Source: Gammaproteobacteria bacterium (GTDB lineage Bacteria; Pseudomonadota; Gammaproteobacteria; Enterobacterales; Alteromonadaceae). Taken from it: a DNA stretch of 38,519 nucleotides. Shown piece after piece: positions 8,844 to 16,755 of the stretch (within the stretch, counting starts at the first letter, position 1; each line of letters starts with the position of its first letter). The notes beneath the pieces are model-generated. The model was not told the DNA's origin and did no database searches. It was given only the letters and a program-made list of their open reading frames with translations. The stretch lies in NCBI GenBank assembly GCA_027484495.1, contig JAIXSW010000327.1, positions 1 through 38,519 on the forward strand. Direction: 5' to 3'. Both the position numbers and the translations under genes were made by a program.

Positions 8844-10109
8844 GTGCCTGTAAAACCCTCATCAGTCAGGCCTTTATCTTTAGTCAGCCGGTTAACCAGA
8901 CTCAACTTATTGATTCTGGCTGGCACGATTTTTATAACTGTGCTGTTATTGGCAGCCGTGACCTGGCACTCGGCCCGCGAGCGCCATCTGGCTGAAGCCG
9001 CCGTCAATACTGAACAACTGGCGCTGAATCTGGCAGCCAGTTTGGTGTTTCTCGATAAAGCTGCCGCTGAGGCTGAACTGCAGACTTATGCGCAGCGTCA
9101 GGATGTGCTGGATCTGGCGGTTTATCAACGTGACATGCAGATATTCGCCAGCCAGCCAGCGAAAGTCAGTCCTTTGTGGTTACAAGCAGACAGCTATCAA
9201 CTGCTCGACTGGTTGCAGCTACAAGTGCGCCGGCCGATCCGCTTCAAAGCAGAGACCGTTGGTAGTGTGGTGGTGACTGAAAGCATGGCCGGCTTGCAAC
9301 AGGCGTTATTATCACTGCTGTTATTGTTTGGCCTGATTGTGATCCTGGCCTTATTCGCCGCCAGCCGGCTGCTGCACCTGGTACAGCGTAAAGCTCTGGC
9401 ACCAGTGGTGGAGCTGGCGGAGCTGGCCGACTATGCCGCCAGGCAACAGGATTACAGCATCAGAGGCACAGTCAGGCGGCGCGACGAAGTCGGTCGTCTG
9501 ACCGAGCGGCTGAATGAACTGTTCAAACGGATTGAGATCTGGCAACAGGACCTGCAACAGCAATTGCAACAGCAACAACAGGCGCGAATGCAATTGGACA
9601 AACTGGCGCATTCCGATCACCTGACCGGCCTGGCCAACCGTCTATTCTTTGAAACAGAATTGCCGCGTGCGGTGGCCTATGTGGCCGCGCAGCAACAAAC
9701 TCTAGCGCTGTTGTTCATCGATCTGGATAACTTTAAAACCGTCAATGACCGCTGGGGTCATGATGCCGGTGACGAAGTGCTGCAAATCGTTGCCAAACGG
9801 ATGCAATCCCAGCTACGCCAGACCGATCGGTTGTTTCGCCTCGGCGGCGACGAATTTGCGGTGCTGTTAACTGATATAGGACAGCCGGAATGGGCAATGC
9901 AATTGGCAGACCGGCTGATCCAGAGCGTACGGGAGCCGATGTGGCTGAAAAATTCATTGATGCCGGTTGGGGCGACGGTCGGACTGGCATTTTGCCCGCA
10001 AGACAGCACCGATGCCGCGTTGTTGTTACAACAAGCGGATCAGGCGATGTATCAGGCCAAACGTGCCGGTAAAAACACCTGTCGGAGGTTCAGCGATGAT
10101 GAGAACTAG
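8844..10109 (+). CDS. Membrane diguanylate cyclase (TM - periplasmic sensor - TM - HAMP - GGDEF), YfiN-like
   Basis: Two TMs flank AASLVFLDKAAAEAEL (CHASE8/YfiN-like). HAMP RDEVGRLTERLNEL; DHLTGLANR, FIDLDNFKTVNDRWGHDAGD, RQTD-x5-GGDEF, ADQAMYQAK. GTG 8844 chosen for the AGGGGG RBS; 8826 is the alternative. Confidence 0.93.
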   Translation: MPVKPSSVRPLSLVSRLTRLNLLILAGTIFITVLLLAAVTWHSARERHLAEAAVNTEQLALNLAASLVFLDKAAAEAELQTYAQRQDVLDLAVYQRDMQIFASQPAKVSPLWLQADSYQLLDWLQLQVRRPIRFKAETVGSVVVTESMAGLQQALLSLLLLFGLIVILALFAASRLLHLVQRKALAPVVELAELADYAARQQDYSIRGTVRRRDEVGRLTERLNELFKRIEIWQQDLQQQLQQQQQARMQLDKLAHSDHLTGLANRLFFETELPRAVAYVAAQQQTLALLFIDLDNFKTVNDRWGHDAGDEVLQIVAKRMQSQLRQTDRLFRLGGDEFAVLLTDIGQPEWAMQLADRLIQSVREPMWLKNSLMPVGATVGLAFCPQDSTDAALLLQQADQAMYQAKRAGKNTCRRFSDDEN

Positions 10110-12123
10110 CCGGCTGACTGCCATAAGCTTGCTGCTGGGATTGTCGGCTACAGCACAAAGCAGCGAAGCCGAGACAGCAACGCGGACATCCATGCAAACA
10201 GCGGTGCAAAATTCTACCGCGCCGCCCCCTCCAGCGACGCCAAGTCTGGAACAACTGCTGAGCACGCCACTTAGTGATGTACCGCGGCAAATCGAAGTCA
10301 GCACTGCCGCGCGGTATGCCCAGTCCAGTAACCAGAGTGTCAACGTCACTTATGTCGTCACGTCTGCTGATATCGAACTGTTTCAATGGCACACTCTGGC
10401 ACAGATTTTACAAAGCCTGCCAGGGATTTATCTCAGTAACGATGGTGCTTTTTTATATGTCGGCGTGCGTGGTTTAGGCCAACCCGGAGACTTTAATTCG
10501 CGGCTGCTGTTTATGCTCGATGGTGTACGGATCAATGAAAACATTTATGACGCTGGTTTATTGGGCAGCGACGCCATCATCGATGTCGAAAATATCGACC
10601 GGGTCGAATTTGCGGCAGGACCGGGCGCGGCCGTTTACGGCAACAATGCTTTTTTTGGCGTGGTCAATATTCTGACTAAAACGGCGCAACAGCTGCGTGG
10701 TGGTGCCCTGCGAATGACGATGCAAAACAGTGGCAGCAACCGCTACTTCTTTAATACCGCCAGACGGCTGGAACAGGGCGCCGAATGGTGGTTCAGTGCC
10801 AGCCATCAGCAGCACCCGGAGCTGCCACTGGCGTTCGAGCCACCGGCTGGCGAAGCAGAAGCCTATCAGGCACAAAATCATGAACACTTAAGTCGTTTAC
10901 GCTTTGGCCTCAGACACCAAGGCTTGCGATTCCAGGCGTTATGGTCTGGGCAGACGCGCTATAGCCCTTCTTCGCTGCCGACGCCGTCCGGCTGGCAAAC
11001 CGTTGCCGTTGCCGATCAGAACGATAATTTTTTAGTCTCGCTGGCGCATCAACAGGCAATTGGCGACGATCTGGTGTTAAGCGGACATCTGAATCAAAGT
11101 GGTAGCCGTTATCAACGCGATATCCCCATTTACCACCCGGACTATGCGCAAACCCTGTTACGCAGCGATCAGCTCGGCCGCTGGTTCAGTGGTGATTTAC
11201 TGCTGCAGTATCAAGGACTGACGGCACATGACCTGTTGTTTGGTCTGGAATTTCAGGACGATGTGCGCCAGCAAATTGAAGTATCGCTGGCTGCCAGCAA
11301 CGAGTTGTATCAGGGTTATTATGGCCATAACCAACGCAAGTCGATGTTTGTGCAGGATCAATGGCAACTGTTGCCACAGCACAGCCTGTTACTTGGAGTG
11401 CGCTACGACGATTCGCGTGTCAGTCCACCGCGCTGGAGCCCCCGGGTAGGCTGGGTCTGGCAACTCAATGATGCTCAGAATTTAAAACTGCTGCACGGTA
11501 GCGCCTACCGGGCGGCAAATTTGTACGAATTTGCCACGAACTCCAGTTTTTATGCGCCGCCGCCTGACGTTGAAACTGTGACGTCAACTGAGCTGACCTT
11601 CGAGCACCAGCTCTCCCGGCAATTCAGTTATCGCCTGAGTTGGTATTATGCCGACATCGATGATCTGATTATGCTGAAGCCGACTGAGGCCATCTTTACG
11701 AATAGCAATCAGATACATAACTATGGCACTGAGCTGACGCTGGACTGGCGAATGCAAAGCGGAGCCATGCTGAGTGCAGCCTGGTCGTGGCAGCGCGGTA
11801 AAAATGATTTAGGTGAGCGATTACAAAACTCGCCACAGCATCTGGTCAAACTGCAGTATCAGCAACCGATCAGCTGGTTAGATGCACAGTTCAGCGCCAC
11901 CGCCTTGGGCATGAGTCAGCGTTGGGTTGGCGACACGCCATTGGCCGGCTATGTTGTGGTGGATTTGGGTTTGACCTGGCAATTGCGCACCCAGCATCTG
12001 CTGGCCGTGCAGCTGCAAAATAGCGGCGATCGGATGATATTTGACCGTCCGCTCCAGAGTAATCCGCCTGCCCTGCAACCTGGCCGGCTATTGTCTGTCA
12101 CCTGGCGGTGGCAACTATGGTGA
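10096..12123 (+). CDS. TonB-dependent receptor (plug + beta-barrel)
   Basis: Start ATG 10096 (RBS GGAGG) with signal peptide MMRTSRLTAISLLLGLSATAQS. Plug motifs LQSLPGI, GVRGLG, LFMLDGVRIN, IDRVEFAAGPGAAVYGNNAFFGVVNILTK; ends in aromatic W. Overlaps both neighbours. Confidence 0.93.
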   Translation: MMRTSRLTAISLLLGLSATAQSSEAETATRTSMQTAVQNSTAPPPPATPSLEQLLSTPLSDVPRQIEVSTAARYAQSSNQSVNVTYVVTSADIELFQWHTLAQILQSLPGIYLSNDGAFLYVGVRGLGQPGDFNSRLLFMLDGVRINENIYDAGLLGSDAIIDVENIDRVEFAAGPGAAVYGNNAFFGVVNILTKTAQQLRGGALRMTMQNSGSNRYFFNTARRLEQGAEWWFSASHQQHPELPLAFEPPAGEAEAYQAQNHEHLSRLRFGLRHQGLRFQALWSGQTRYSPSSLPTPSGWQTVAVADQNDNFLVSLAHQQAIGDDLVLSGHLNQSGSRYQRDIPIYHPDYAQTLLRSDQLGRWFSGDLLLQYQGLTAHDLLFGLEFQDDVRQQIEVSLAASNELYQGYYGHNQRKSMFVQDQWQLLPQHSLLLGVRYDDSRVSPPRWSPRVGWVWQLNDAQNLKLLHGSAYRAANLYEFATNSSFYAPPPDVETVTSTELTFEHQLSRQFSYRLSWYYADIDDLIMLKPTEAIFTNSNQIHNYGTELTLDWRMQSGAMLSAAWSWQRGKNDLGERLQNSPQHLVKLQYQQPISWLDAQFSATALGMSQRWVGDTPLAGYVVVDLGLTWQLRTQHLLAVQLQNSGDRMIFDRPLQSNPPALQPGRLLSVTWRWQLW

Positions 12124-12623
12124 GACTCCGCGCAATCTGCTTATGTGCCAGCGTGTTGGGCACAGCGCTGACTCCGGTGCAGGCCACTGAATTTGCTGCC
12201 GATGAATTTAGTCTGAAGGCGACGTTTTTATACCGCTTTGCGCAATACACCCAGTGGCCCCCGCCACCGCGCAGCGCCATGCGTTTTTGTATTGTGCAGT
12301 ATCCGCAGCTGCTGCAGGCACTGCAGAGGCTACCGATCCAGATTGATGCCAAAGCCATCGACGCGGGACCAGCGCTGGCCGATTGTGATGTGTTAATGGT
12401 CGGGCTGAGCGAACGCCGCGCGCTGCAGCAGTGGCAGACATGGTTGGCTGGTCGTCAGCTGCTGATTGTCACCGACAATGCTGAAGCTTACCGTCAGCTG
12501 GGGATGATCCAATTATTGACGTCACCGGATGGCATCAGTTTTCAGGTCAATTTACGGCGTACTCAATCGCGCCAGCTGAATCTGGGCTCCCAGCTGCTGA
12601 AGCTGGCGCAGCAAGTCGACTAA
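12117..12623 (+). CDS. yfiR: YfiR-family (DUF4154) periplasmic regulator
   Basis: Signal peptide, then EFSLKATFLYRFAQYTQWP, RFCIV, DCDVL, FQVNL and LGSQLLKLA, all typical YfiR-family motifs. Confidence 0.9.
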   Translation: MVRLRAICLCASVLGTALTPVQATEFAADEFSLKATFLYRFAQYTQWPPPPRSAMRFCIVQYPQLLQALQRLPIQIDAKAIDAGPALADCDVLMVGLSERRALQQWQTWLAGRQLLIVTDNAEAYRQLGMIQLLTSPDGISFQVNLRRTQSRQLNLGSQLLKLAQQVD

Positions 12624-12630
12624 AGCCCGG

Positions 12631-13248
12631 TCACGCTGCGACTGCTTGTTGCCATAACTCATACACCACCGGCAGCACTGACAACAGCAGCAACAACGCC
12701 ATGCTGTAGTTGAACCACTGGCGATAATGCGGTTGATTCAGCACCCGGCGCAACATCGCGCCAAATGTCAGCCAGGCGCCAACACAAGGAAAACTGACCA
12801 GCAAAAACGCCGCGGTGATCTGCAGAACTTCCGGCAAGACGGCGCCACCGACTGTCGTGAAGGCCGCGATGGCGCCGGATGCCATCACCCATGCTTTTGC
12901 ATTAACCCATTGAAACGCGGCTGCCTGCCAAAAATTCAGCGGTTTATCCTGCACCGTGTTGATTTGACCGGCGCCACTGCGCGCAATTTTCCAGGCCAGC
13001 CACAACAGATAAACCACCCCAACGACTTTGATTAGCGTATGTAACCAGGGCAACGCGGTAAAGACCAGACCAAAACCAAGGCCTACCAGCAACACCATGG
13101 CTGGAAAACCAAGACAGATGCCGCACAGATGGGCCAGGCTGGCGCGTACCCCATAATTCACGCCGGACGACATCATCATAATATTGTTCGGTCCCGGCGT
13201 GATGGTGCTCGACAAGGCAAAAAAGAATACTGCAAAAAATACGTCCAT
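12631..13248 (-). CDS. LysE/RhtB-family amino acid exporter
   Basis: ITPGPNNIM, GVVYLLWLAWKIA and FQWVNAKAW motifs; about 6 TM. ATG 13248 with GGAG RBS. Confidence 0.92.
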   Translation of the reverse strand: MDVFFAVFFFALSSTITPGPNNIMMMSSGVNYGVRASLAHLCGICLGFPAMVLLVGLGFGLVFTALPWLHTLIKVVGVVYLLWLAWKIARSGAGQINTVQDKPLNFWQAAAFQWVNAKAWVMASGAIAAFTTVGGAVLPEVLQITAAFLLVSFPCVGAWLTFGAMLRRVLNQPHYRQWFNYSMALLLLLSVLPVVYELWQQAVAA

Positions 13249-13287
13249 CAATACTCCGGATCAGTGTGTCTTTGGCAAGTGCAGCAA

Positions 13288-14154
13288 TCAATCCTGCCCG
13301 ACTGCAGGGCGGGTTGCGGTGATAGCAGGACGGGTTGGTAGGTATGGATTTTGTATCTTTAAAACCCGACGTTGGTCAAGTGCTAAACCCTTTAACTTTG
13401 CGGCGAAATGACGGTCAAACAAGCGCTGCAAACTACCATCCTGCTGCATTTGCCGGATGCCCTGCTCCAGCGCTGCCGCTAACAATGGGTTTTGCTGGCT
13501 GACAAAAAAATATTCAGCAGACGGATATTGGATTAACCAGTGCGGTTCAATCATCAGGCCTTGTGACTGCCACTGTGCAATTTCATCACTGATCTCCAGC
13601 ACGCCGCGCGGCACGGCATCGACGCGTTGCTTCAGTAATAACGGAAACAAATTCGCGTACTGCGACACCCCTTGCACTTGCCAGCCGTGTTGGCGCAATA
13701 ACTTGGTGTCAATCCAATCATGTACCTGAGCAAACTGCAGTTCACGCCACTGTGCACCTGTGCGTAGCGCCGCAAAACGGGGCTGTTGTTGCTGATGGAT
13801 CAGCAGCAGCCGGTAGCCACCATAACCAAAATAAATCGGGATCCGCACCGGCAGATATTTTTGTTCGCGCTCGACCGACGTTAAAGTCCAGACCACGTCA
13901 ACCGCACCACCAGGCATTAATTCTTCCAGGGCGCGACTACGCGAAAACAAATGCCGGGCAGGTACCACTTTGAGCTGAGGCGCGCTACGCTGCAGCGCTT
14001 CTGTTAGCAAAGTGATGGCGTAGTCAGAACGCCGGTCTTGCTGATGCTGCGGTGGCGGATAACGCACCTGATCCTTCGGCGTCGCAGCAAAGACCGGCAG
14101 TACGCTGAACATCCAGTAGCAAAAACCCTGCAGACAGAGCTTCATCCGTGACAC
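13288..14154 (-). CDS. Orphan periplasmic solute-binding protein (PBP type 2 / family 3-like)
   Basis: Signal peptide; VDVVWT.TSVEREQ.YLPVRIPI, LFPLLLKQRVDAVPRG, YFFVS..NP.LA..LEQG and DGSLQRLF motifs. GGAGG RBS; no ABC partner genes nearby. Confidence 0.8.
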   Translation of the reverse strand: MSRMKLCLQGFCYWMFSVLPVFAATPKDQVRYPPPQHQQDRRSDYAITLLTEALQRSAPQLKVVPARHLFSRSRALEELMPGGAVDVVWTLTSVEREQKYLPVRIPIYFGYGGYRLLLIHQQQQPRFAALRTGAQWRELQFAQVHDWIDTKLLRQHGWQVQGVSQYANLFPLLLKQRVDAVPRGVLEISDEIAQWQSQGLMIEPHWLIQYPSAEYFFVSQQNPLLAAALEQGIRQMQQDGSLQRLFDRHFAAKLKGLALDQRRVLKIQNPYLPTRPAITATRPAVGQD

Positions 14155-14191
14155 TTTCCGTTACCTCCATATCCTGCCGGTACTGCAAAAT

Positions 14192-14217
14192 AAAAACCAG
14201 CCCGCAGGCTGGTTTTT
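14192..14217 (-). terminator. Intrinsic terminator after glnS
   Basis: AAAAACCAGCC-cgca-GGCTGGTTTTT immediately after the glnS stop. Confidence 0.85.
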
Positions 14218-14221
14218 CTAA

Positions 14222-15886
14222 TTACGCTTCAGCGGCAAAGCTGTCCCGTAAGCCAACGGTGCGGTTAAACACCAAATGGTCCGCGCTGGCATCACGGTTA
14301 TCCAGGCAATAATACCCTTCGCGTTCGAACTGATAGGCCTGCTCCGCTTTTGCGCTGGCCAGGCTCGGCTCCACATAACCCTGCTTCACCGTCAAAGATG
14401 CCGGATGGATCACTTGAATAAAGTCATCCTCTGCAGCCGGGTTGGCGACACTGAATAAACGGTCATAGACACGGAATTCAGCCGTTTTGGCTTGTGACGC
14501 TTCGACCCAGTGGATCACGCCGCGCACCTTACGACCATCCGCCGGGTTTTTCCCTAGTGTTTCCGGGTCGTAACTGCAGATGAGCTCCTGGATGTTGCCG
14601 TCTGCATCTTTAATGACTTCATCGGCCCGGATCACATAAGCGCCGCGCAGACGCACTTCACCGCCGGTTACCATCCGCTTGTAATGCTTGTTGGCTTCTT
14701 CGCGGAAATCGGCACGGTCAATATAAAGCTCTTTGCCAAATGGCACTTTGCGGCTGCCCATCGTTTCGTCTTTCGGATGATTCGCCACATCAAGCCATTC
14801 CACGTCAGCAGCGCTGAAGTTACTCAGCGTCACTTTGATTGGATCCAGCACCGCCATCGCACGTGGTGCATGGGTATCCAAATCCTCGCGAATACAGGCT
14901 TCCAACGCGCTCCATTCAATCACGTTGTCTTGTTTGGTAATACCAATCCGTTTGGCGAACTCACGTAAAGACGCCGGCGTATAACCACGGCGACGCAGAC
15001 CAGCGATCGTTGGCATCCGTGGGTCATCCCAGCCAGAAACGTGGCCCCCTTCGACCAGCTGATGCAGCTTACGCTTACTCATCACCTGATATTCAAGGTT
15101 CAGCCGCGAGAACTCAATTTGCTGCGGGTGGCATGGGATCGTGATGTTATCGAGGATCCAGTCGTACAAACGACGGTTATCCTGGAATTCCAGCGTACAC
15201 AACGAATGCGTAATGCCTTCGAGCGCATCGGAAATACAGTGGGTGAAATCGTACATCGGGTAGATGCACCATTTGTCGCCGGTCTGATGGTGATGCGCAA
15301 ATTTCACCCGGTAAATCACCGGATCGCGCATACAAATAAAAGACGACGACATATCGATTTTGGCGCGCAGTGAGCACTCGCCTTCTTTAAAACCGCCGGC
15401 GCGCATTTTTTCAAACAGCGCTAAGTTTTCGGCTGGCGTGGTATCCCGCGTTGGACTTGGCTTGCCTGGCTGCGTCAGACTGCCGCGATATTCGCGCATT
15501 TCTTCGGCATTTAAGAAACATACGTACGCCAGACCTTTGTTAATCAGTTCAACGGCATAACCATATAAGGCGTCAAAATAGTCCGATGAATAACGCACAT
15601 TGCCAGTCCACTGGAAGCCCAGCCATTGCACGTCACGTTGGATCGAATTGACGAAATCGATGTTTTCTTTTTCCGGGTTGGTGTCATCAAACCGCAGATT
15701 ACAGGTCCCCTGATAATCTTGTGCAATGCCAAAGTTCAGGCAGATGGATTTGGCGTGGCCAATGTGCAGATAACCATTTGGCTCCGGCGGGAAACGGGTC
15801 TGCACTGTGTTGTGCTTGCCGGACGCGAGGTCGGCATCAATGATTTGCCGGATAAAATTCGTGGGGCGTGTGTCGATGTCCGCCAT
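14222..15886 (-). CDS. glnS: Glutamine--tRNA ligase
   Basis: [18 protein letters not shown] (HIGH) and VMSKRKL (KMSKS-type) motifs, plus YQFEREGYY. Start moved to ATG 15886 ([16 protein letters not shown]). Confidence 0.98.
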   Translation of the reverse strand: MADIDTRPTNFIRQIIDADLASGKHNTVQTRFPPEPNGYLHIGHAKSICLNFGIAQDYQGTCNLRFDDTNPEKENIDFVNSIQRDVQWLGFQWTGNVRYSSDYFDALYGYAVELINKGLAYVCFLNAEEMREYRGSLTQPGKPSPTRDTTPAENLALFEKMRAGGFKEGECSLRAKIDMSSSFICMRDPVIYRVKFAHHHQTGDKWCIYPMYDFTHCISDALEGITHSLCTLEFQDNRRLYDWILDNITIPCHPQQIEFSRLNLEYQVMSKRKLHQLVEGGHVSGWDDPRMPTIAGLRRRGYTPASLREFAKRIGITKQDNVIEWSALEACIREDLDTHAPRAMAVLDPIKVTLSNFSAADVEWLDVANHPKDETMGSRKVPFGKELYIDRADFREEANKHYKRMVTGGEVRLRGAYVIRADEVIKDADGNIQELICSYDPETLGKNPADGRKVRGVIHWVEASQAKTAEFRVYDRLFSVANPAAEDDFIQVIHPASLTVKQGYVEPSLASAKAEQAYQFEREGYYCLDNRDASADHLVFNRTVGLRDSFAAEA

Positions 15887-15944
15887 ATCAATCAGGTCCT
15901 TTTTCGGATAAATGCTAGGATAAATGCTCGATGCATAACGCCGC

Positions 15945-15953
15945 ATTATAACA
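15945..15953 (-). promoter_or_regulatory. Extended -10 promoter for glnS
   Basis: Minus strand TGtTATAAT followed by GC-rich GCGGCG, about 60 bp upstream of the start. Confidence 0.65.
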
Positions 15954-16089
15954 CCGGCGTCAGCGCTGACCAGTAGCAGCGCGACAGTTGTGTTCGACAG
16001 GATTCATCAACTGGACACCACATGCAGATCCAGCGCATTGGCCACGCCGTAGCTGGCATCATCAAACAGTTTTTTTGAACGGAGTCAGC

Positions 16090-16632
16090 ATGTTTCAGCC
16101 AGTTTTTCGTCACCTCGCAGCGTGGTTATTGTGCGGCGCCTGCTTTTTACCGCCACAAGCACAGGCCGCACATCCGCCGGCGCCGCTGACTGAAATTGCC
16201 GTGGCCGCCGGCAGTTGGCAAGGCAAGCTGCTGTACAACGATTATGCCTCGCCCGGCAAGATGGTCACTTTGCCAACCCGGCTCCATGTAGCGCTAAGCC
16301 AGCCAGATACGCTGGTGCTGTATTTCATCTATGACGATGGGCCGGGCAAAATTGTCTATGGCTATGACCAGATGCAATTCGACCTGAAGGCGGGACTGGT
16401 TAACTGGCGCAGTGGTGACAATGCGACAGCCACGCAGAGTTATCAAATCACCGCGGTGCAGCGCAATGCAGCGGGCACACATTTCAGCCTGAGCCGGCAA
16501 GCGGACGCGCTAAAAATCCAGTATCAGCTGACGATAGCCGCCAGCAGCATTGTCATGGAGAAAACCGAGGTCGCGCCGGCGTCTGCTACGGTGTTTCGTC
16601 ATCGCTATGAATTTACCCGGCAGATCCCCTAA
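16090..16632 (+). CDS. Hypothetical secreted protein (beta-rich, possibly lipocalin-like)
   Basis: ATG 16090 after GGAG; signal peptide ending AQA. AGSWQGKLLY start and alternating beta pattern ending YEFTR. Confidence 0.75.
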   Translation: MFQPVFRHLAAWLLCGACFLPPQAQAAHPPAPLTEIAVAAGSWQGKLLYNDYASPGKMVTLPTRLHVALSQPDTLVLYFIYDDGPGKIVYGYDQMQFDLKAGLVNWRSGDNATATQSYQITAVQRNAAGTHFSLSRQADALKIQYQLTIAASSIVMEKTEVAPASATVFRHRYEFTRQIP

Positions 16633-16668
16633 TACGGCGGCCACCATAAGCGTTTGCGGTGATAAAAT

Positions 16669-16698
16669 AAAACCGGCCTGAGATACAGGCCGGTTTTT
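16669..16698. terminator. Bidirectional intrinsic terminator
   Basis: AAAACCGGCCTG-agata-CAGGCCGGTTTTT between convergent genes. Confidence 0.88.
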
Positions 16699-16755
16699 CA
16701 GTACAAGTCAGTACTTCACTCTTTACTTCACTTAGTACTCAGCACAAAAATCTCA

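Noticed and set aside
16699-16745. Short repeats (AGTAC, TACTTCACT x2) between the TBDR stop and its terminator
   Set aside because: Too short and irregular for CRISPR or REP. A 3'-UTR sRNA cannot be supported from sequence alone.
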